Assembly (NCBI GenBank): GCA_013239625.1
Contig: MU056000.1
Span: forward strand, 806,001-870,000
Origin: Lama guanicoe
Lineage: Eukaryota
DNA length: 64,000 nt
Direction: 5' to 3'
Shown: piece by piece, positions 56,801 to 64,000 of the stretch
Layout of the letters: each line of letters begins with the position of its first letter
Position numbering within the stretch: the stretch's first letter is position 1
Made by a program: the position numbers and the translations under genes
The notes under the pieces: generated by a model
What the model was told of the DNA's origin: nothing
Databases searched by the model: none
The model's input: the letters and a program-made list of their open reading frames with translations, nothing else

Positions 56801-59800
56801 GTGGTGGTTGTTGCTGTTGTTATTTTAAATCCCAGACGGCTCCTGTCTCTAACTGTGATGTGTGCTCTTACTTGAAGCTGTTGACGCACATGCCTGGATG
56901 TCACCGGGACGCTGTGCTTTGGGGAAAAGTTAGTCAACAGGGGCTGGAGGTGGCTGGTTCCAATTCTGAATTCTAATTCCACCCCCTGCTCACTGGAGTC
57001 CGTGGGAGTGGCTGCCTCCAGGCCCTGCTTCCTCTCTGATCATTGTCAGGAGATTTGCAGAGGAAACCACCAAGCGAGCGGTCCAGCCTCATACTCGTCC
57101 AGGCACCGAGGAAGTGAGCGGGGGTGGGGGCGGGGGCGGGGGAGCGCGGAGCCACCTCCAGCGTCAAAGGTCGATGGGCAGTAAGATCTAAGGAAACTGA
57201 CTTTTCCCCTTGTAAAAAAGAAACCCTGGGGAATTCTGCGTGTGGCAACACAGTATATTTGAGGTGAATTCATGAAGTGTCCACAACGCTGCTTGTTGCT
57301 TTAAACTGTTACTGTGATTCACAAAGTGTCTTCAACAAAACAGTTTAGGGTCACTTCCTCATTCCTGGCATCCAGCATGTCTTCCCCGGGGTGTGGGGCA
57401 TCCCAGGGGCACAGCGCTGCCCGGGGTTGCGGACATGCCTCCCACGTTGCTAAGCGTCCACAGGCAATTCCTGCAGGTGGGGTGGTGACAGGAGACGGAT
57501 CCTCTGAGCGGTTAGCCACGCAGGAGCCCCAGTGTGGCCCTTGCAACCTCGCCCCCCGTCATTTCTGCAGCCACGGTTGTACTGAACAAGCATGAGATGT
57601 GAAAATGGGTTCTGCGTGTAGCACGCACACCGGGAAATGCGATGGGTCTCCCCGCACCCAAGGAGGTGCCCAGTGGATTTAAATCCCCACAGTGGAAAGC
57701 AGGCGTTCACTCGTCCTGCTGTGGAGTCCGTTACGTCTCGGGGTTAGGGCTTGGAGGGGGCGGTCAGGACGCCTGCGGCCCAGGGCTCCCTGCAGGTGGC
57801 TGGGCGGGGTGGCGGAATCCCGCACCAGACACCTCGCCTGTTTCGGGCCTTTGGGGCCGCAGGGCTGCTGGACACGCCTCCCCTAGCTCATCCGAGCCCA
57901 GACGCGAAGATGCACAGGGACCGACTGGAGCAGACATTCCTCAGAAGGTGCGTCCTGCAGTGCTGTCTGTCCTGAGAATCGCGTTCCACCTCAAGACGTA
58001 ACTCGCAGTAAAATCTGCCGCAAACCCGACTGCCACGCGCCCTCGTCCACGCCGCGCCTGTGGCTCCCGCTCCTGCGCCGTCAGCCCCACGCGCTGCGTG
58101 CAGCTGGTGCGTAGGCTCCAATTTAATCTTTCTATCTTAATCCTTTAGAACTTGTTTAAAAAACCTCAGTAGTAAAGGAAGTTTCCTGTAACAGGGAGAG
58201 TCAGTGGAAAATAAGACCAGTGCGACTGTGGTGTGGGTTCCCTTTGCCTGTTGGCGCCGCCGTCTCCCCCCACGGCATCGCAGGCTCAGATCTCAGTTGT
58301 CACCTCATTGAACGGTTGTTTGTCACTGCTGGGGACCCCAGGCCTTGCCTTGGCTGAGGTCCTTTCAGAGCCTCAATGCCAACTAGTTTCCTGACCACCA
58401 GACGCGTAAGGGACGCCTGGATGTCAGCGCAGCTCAGGGACGCGGGTGGAAGGAGGCAGAGCCGTCGGCAGTGTTTGTGGAGGGGACGCAGCCCAGTGGG
58501 AAGGGGTGGGGAAGACCGTGGCGGGCAGGGGTCACCCTGCAGGCTGCTGGCTGGAGCCAAGAGGTTACTCACTGGGGGGCCAAGTTCAGGGGGATCACGG
58601 TGGGAGAACGGAAGTGACGGCACCCGGGGCCCCGCGGTCTCTGGTGAGCCTCAGAGCATGGGCAGTGGGGGGCAGTAAGGGCCCCCGAGCGCCCCCCTCA
58701 CCCCCACTGCCAGCCTCAGTGACGCCTGCAGCGTCCCAGGGCTCGTGCCTCCGTGTTCACTGTTCTCGCAGGGAGAATGGCTCTAGCAAAAGTCCTCGGT
58801 TCCAGGAAGCAAGGCCTCGTCCCTCCTCTCTGGGCCAGGCAAGCCCAGGGCCAGCCTCAGGGACCCCGACCTCCAGCCCGTGTCTGTCCCCCAGACGCAG
58901 GCCTGTCGCCTTGGCGTCCATGGGAGGGGCTGGCTGACGGCACGAGGGCAGGGAGCACTCACCCACCAGCCACAGAGACGACAGCCGTCCCACCCAGGGC
59001 CCTGAGGAGCAACCACCCTCCAGCTCCGGGGGCCCCGCTTCCCTGATCTTTCTGGAATGTTCTCGGGGATGAAGGGAGGCGGTGGGGGTGGGGCTGTCCC
59101 TTCCCCGGGTGAGGTCACAGCTCTGGGCGGTGGGCTGCCACACAACCTCCCCACCTCTGTGACCGCAAGGAGAAAAATCCAAACGCGGCCCTGGCCGAGG
59201 GGTGTGGGGCTGAGGGGGGCCAGAGTTCACAGGGCAGGGCTCCCGCAGGGAGTGGCCCGGCTGCGCTGGGCTCCGCGCTCCCGGGTCCAGGCTGCGGGCC
59301 GGCGGCGGGGAGGGTCCCAGGTTTGGGGGCGCAGGGCCAGACCTCGGCCCCTCCCGTGCTCTGGGCTGTTGCTGCAGACCTAAAGCGTTTGCAAGTTTGC
59401 CGTTTCTTTTCCATCCTAAGCAAACGCTCAGTCCTCCTTTATCTGCTACGTGGTTTTACACCTTTCTCTTAAAGAAAATGCCAACAGTTGAGCAGGCTCC
59501 AGGCCTCATGACCCGTTTTCCAGTCCGCAGCCCGGAATGGCCACCTGCTCCCCGAATCCTTGGCTGCTCTGCCCACGTGCCGCTGTGTGGACTCTGCAGG
59601 GTGAGCTGCAGGGGCCCTGGGAGACCCTGGATGGTTCCTCTTCCTGGGATGGGCCTCTCCAGGCCCCACAGGGGCCTGCCTGCCTCAGCCACTGGCTCTG
59701 GGGACGTCTCCCTGATGGCTTTGTCTCCACGGTCTGACGGAACTCACTGGAGTGACGTGACTTGGGACAGGCTGGACATGGCCGGGGGGCTGGGCTGGCG

Positions 59801-60639
59801 GGAGAGGTGCAGTACAGGGCGGCGAGCGCGTCGGCCTCGGCTCAGTCAGGGGTCCCCAGCCGTCCCCAGCTGGCCTGGCCAGACGGCTCTTCCCCGGCAC
59901 CGCGAGTCGGTCCAGAGATGTCCCCAACACTGCTCGTCCATTTGGGGCATGTTCTGAGCCGGGTGGCCTCACCACAGGTGGACACTCTGCCTCCACTGGC
60001 CAGATGTGTCACGGACGCCTATCCCGAGGAGACTGTCGCTGTTGGCAAACCAGGGGGAGCTGTGGCCACGCAGTGGCCCCACCAGCTGCGTGTGAAGATA
60101 CTGCTGGGGTATCCATGGAGGCCCCTGTCTCCTGGGACCCCAGGGCGGGGCTGTCCTCGAAGCCACCCCTCCCGGCGCCAGGACACCATCCACACCTCCA
60201 GGCCGGCCGGCACTCATCCTCCTCTTGTGGACCGGCCCCTGACCAATTGCATGGTGGCCTTGCTGCCCACCCGGGGCACCAGCTGCGTCTCATCCCTGCT
60301 CCAGAAAAACAGAAACCTGCCCGCAGGCGCCCTCACCTACAGCCACCGCGGCTCACTTTCGCCGCCAGGCACCCTTTCTCAGCGGAAGCTCCTCCAGGCG
60401 AGCTGGGTCCTGTCAGAGTCAGAGCCGCCCCAGGTGGTGGCGCCCGGCCTCACTCGTCACCTGGCAGGTCGGAGGGGTAGAGCGCAGCCTTCCTGGCTCC
60501 CGGGTGCTACCTGTCACTGATCACTGAGGATGCGCGGGTGTCCTGAGGGCCAGCCCCCCGAGGACAGGGATGTGCGATTATCTGGTCCCAGGGCTCTCGG
60601 GGGACGGTCCGTCACAGTCACAGTCTCTTGGAGGAACGA

Positions 60640-60772
60640 GTCTGGTGGGGAGAGGAGAGAGCCTGTGAGGCGGCGCAGGGGGAGAATGGGCTAAATGCCG
60701 CTGGGTTGTACACTTAGAAAGGGCTAAAACGGCAGATCTTACATTACGTTCATTTTACCACAGTTTTAAAAG
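60640..60772 (+). mobile_element. Old L1M 3' terminus
   Basis: aatgccgctgggttgtacacttagaaagggctaaaacggcagatcttacattacgttcattttaccacagttttaaaa resembles an L1MB/MC 3' end. Confidence 0.65.
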
Positions 60773-60844
60773 ACACAAGTGAATACGTGGCTCAACGTGG
60801 GAAGTGTAACCTTAAAGGTAAAAACTGCAGATTGCCTTTTTTGA

Positions 60845-61198
60845 CAGTTTTATTTTATTTGACGTATGAACAATGTTTTGCTGAAGCACAGTTGACTTGC
60901 AGTGTTGTGCGCCAGCAACGTGGCTCAGTTACACACACGTGTGCTCTCTGTCACACCTTTCCTTACTCTGGGCCATTGCAAGACCCCGAAGGCAGTTCCC
61001 TCGCTGTGCGGCAGGCCTGGCCGTCGCTCAGTGTGTGTGTCTGTTCACCTCGGGCTCCTCCTTCACCCTCCCCGTCCTCCCCCTCTGGGGACCGCAAGTT
61101 CGTGTTCTGTGTGGGGGGGCCTACCTCCGTTTCATAGATAAGATCGTGTTGCTTTTTTAGATTCCGCGTGTAAGTGTTGTCGTGTGTGTCTTTCTCTG
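60845..61198 (-). mobile_element. LINE-1 3' end fragment (cetartiodactyl-type), strongly GC-shifted
   Basis: ttttgctgaagcacagttgact...cagttacacacac...gttccctcgctgtgcggcagg...tttttagattccgcgtgtaagtg; colinear with the 47222 copy. Confidence 0.7.
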
Positions 61199-64000
61199 GA
61201 GATTATCTTAACGACTTTGAGGTAGAGGAGAACTCCTTACTAAGTTCAGCAAAAGCACAAGCCAACGAGAGACATTTAAACTACGCTGGAAAAGCCTCAC
61301 CTTAAACCAGCTGAAAATAAAAGCCACAACTGGGCAAAAAGATGGTTATGGTGAATGTGGTTAGAAAAACTAGCCTCCTCTGATAACATAAGGACTTCTA
61401 TTTGGCTCTGAGAAAGCAGAGGGACCCGCACTGCGGGGAACGCGCACACAGGCAGTCCCCAGACGGGGATGCTCGTGGGCGAGCGGGGTCAGAGAGACGC
61501 TCGCGCCTGCTGGTACCCAGGAGATGCGCCCCTGCGCCCCAGCCCGAGGGCCCGCCGAGGCCGGAGCTGGAGGCCAGCCTGCTGTGGAGCGCGGGCTGAG
61601 CGCAGCCCATTGGGGAGCCCGTGTGCAAACACCAGAAGTGAAGATGCACACGCCTGTGACCCAGGAGCTCGCTCCTTGGAGCACACCCCGGAGAAACCCC
61701 ACAGAGGAGGAGGAGTGTGTCTTGCAGTTGTGAGAAGCTGGGTGTCCATCAAGGAGGGAAGTGGTGGGTGAGACAGCAGAGTCGTGGGTGGAGCAGGCGG
61801 ACTGATTGCCCCGGACTAGACGCAGCCCCGGGTCCCGGAGGTCGCGAGGCAGAGCCTGAGAGCCTCAGGAGCATGGGAACAGTGGAGACCAAAGAAGGGG
61901 CGCGGAGCGTGAGGCGGAAGCCGAGGCAGCCTTTTGCATGGGCCTCGGGGTCTTTCTGAGACGCGGAGCAGATTTCGGCAAGTAGACACGGACAGTGATG
62001 AAGCGTGGTTTGGAAAGTTGAGGCCACGGTGAATGAACCCAGCGTGGCTGTGTGGGGACGAAGGCGGTGGTGGGGCACCGGCCCGGCGGGGGGACCGCAG
62101 GGTCTCACGGTGGCAGCTGAGTCCTGTGTAGAAGAGCAGGCGGACGGGCTTCCGCAGCCGGGGGGGTGGTGCGAGGCTGAGAGCCCCACAGGTGCCGAGT
62201 TAGGAATGTCAATTGCACGTATTGAGCTTAAATTGGATGATGAAACCGGGGCTTTTGAACGTTTAGTTTGAATCTGAGTTTTTGGATTTTATTTTTACAT
62301 GTGAGAGGAAGAGCGTTGTCCTAACAAGAAGCTGACTGCTAACAGCATTTACGTGAATCTACTATTCAATGCGGCTCAGCGGCCAAGCCCTTTCACCTTC
62401 AGAATAAAATTAAAGAGAACTCACATGTCGTTTGTCCTGAGTGCTTCTGGTGGCGTCAGCGCCTCTGTGGGTGACGGCCTTTCATGGGGCTTAGAGTGAC
62501 AGCCGGGGGATTATCTCAGGCCGACACTTGGCACAGACGGTTCTCAGCCCACTGTGCTTTTGAAGGGGAGGATTTGATCTCAATTATTCCATTCAGCTTT
62601 GTTGAGGGAGAGTAAGAAAAAGCGTTTACCCCAGCTTCAGTTCTATAGGATTTTTATTTTGAATCGAATTGCAGTGGCCCTGGCAGGCAGCAAGCTTTCT
62701 GCACAGACCGACATTTTGGCGACTTGGGAGAAAAAAAGAAACCCCATTGACACCAGCCAGAGTTTCAGGAACGGCCGGCCCACTTTCCCGCCGTGGCTGT
62801 GCTGTGATGTTGACCCAACACGACACACAGATCCCTCTGTCCCCCGGTGGACACTGGCCAGGCGGCCTTGGTCTATGGAGCAAGATCACTCAGCGCGTGA
62901 AGCCAGCTCAGCCCTGGAAACTCAGCCCAACAACAGCCCTCTGTTCCCCTCCTGACAGCTTTGAACAGGGAGGGTCCCGCCCCTGCCACGGATGCGGCGA
63001 TGGACTCACAGATGGACCTGGAGAGGAAGCTCTGTAACTGGGTCAGCAGCTGGGGGGCGGGGCAGAGGGCGCCCGACTGGTCCAGTGGGTGAGCCCCGTC
63101 CTGTGGATTCCCTGGAGACACCAGCAGCTGTGGGGCCTCACGGCCTCCTTTCCCTCCCCTTCCCGAGGAGCGCTGACCTGCGTGCGCCTCTGGGGAGTGG
63201 GCGCTGGCGTGAGCCAGCCCTCTCCAGACCCCACAGACTCAGAGCCAGAAGCCTGGTTTTGGGAAAACCTCCTTTGCGCCTACTTTGCCGGAATTGTTGT
63301 CGTAGTCAGTTCTCTCTCTGTCTCTTTTTTTTGGTCTTTGACACCTGAGCTGTTTGGATGGTGCCTGGAAGGCAGGGGGAGGGGCTCCCCAACACCAGAG
63401 GGGAAACCACAACCAGGGATGCTCCCTGGGGGGCCTGGAGGCCCCGAGACACAGCCAAAGGGGCCGCTCTGGTCACCACTCTTCACCTGACACGGGGAGG
63501 GGTACAGATGCCCTCAGCTCCCCAGCCCCACCTGGACGGGAGACTGCCGGAGGTCGTCCGTCACAGGCGCCCGCAGGCCACCAGGGCCAAGCCAGCGGAA
63601 CCGAGGCGCGCCGGGCTGAGGCCCGGGTGGGCTGCGGCTGGCTCGAGGGCGGGGCCTTGCTGTCTCAGGCCTTAGGACAGGGGACCTTGCCGGCCGCCGT
63701 GCGGCTGTCCTTGGCTGTCCTGACGTTCTGATCCAGGAGGCGACGGCGCCGCATCGCGGGGCAGAAGCTGCTGGGCCGGCCCGTCTTCAGGAAGCAGCGG
63801 AGCAGAAAGAGCAGAGGGAGCGCTTCCTGCGGCTCTTCTGGGGCCCCGGCCCGGTCCCCAGAGCGACGCCTGGCCTGGCCCCACGGGGTGGAACTAGCAG
63901 CTGGCGGTCAGCCAGGGGCCGGGTGGGGCTGAGCACTCCGTCCCTCCAGGCAGACCCTGCAATCCCAGTGGGTTCCCCGTGGGGTCTCCCCCTCAGCTCC

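Noticed and set aside
45110-64000. A second gene, RNA gene or novel multi-gene system upstream of LPCAT1
   Set aside because: No recognisable exon chain, tRNA/snRNA/rRNA or conserved protein; the region is explained by TE remnants and GC-rich intergenic DNA. A lncRNA cannot be excluded without transcript data.

Overview
Mammalian genomic DNA, very GC- and CpG-rich, with two N-gaps. The window holds one complete protein-coding gene on the minus strand: LPCAT1 (lysophosphatidylcholine acyltransferase 1). I resolved 14 coding exons from ATG 44484 to TAG 3207, with every splice junction and phase checked by hand. The CDS is 1602 nt, giving 533 aa with the HxxxxD, FxxR and FPEGT acyltransferase motifs, C-terminal EF-hand-like loops and a KKxx ER-retrieval signal. 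The gene has a CpG-island promoter around 43.5-45.1 kb and a ~1.8 kb 3' UTR with AATAAA at 1391-1396. The ~19 kb upstream is intergenic, with nested L1 fragments, MaLR (MLT1) LTRs and probable L2 remnants. The L1 tails look cetartiodactyl-type, and I saw no Alu, Bov-tA, PRE1 or CHR2 SINEs, so a camelid is a tentative guess. I found no evidence for a wholly new multi-gene system; the many other ORFs are GC-rich noise. The most interesting points are: a minisatellite built from the exon 3 splice donor, a GC-AG intron, a candidate in-frame alternative first exon, strong and patchy AT-to-GC drift in repeats and exons (including an eroded EF-hand loop), a contrasting CpG-free patch at exon 8, and a 3' UTR G-quadruplex next to the poly(A) signal. 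Comparisons to human LPCAT1 and to repeat consensus sequences are from memory and need verification.
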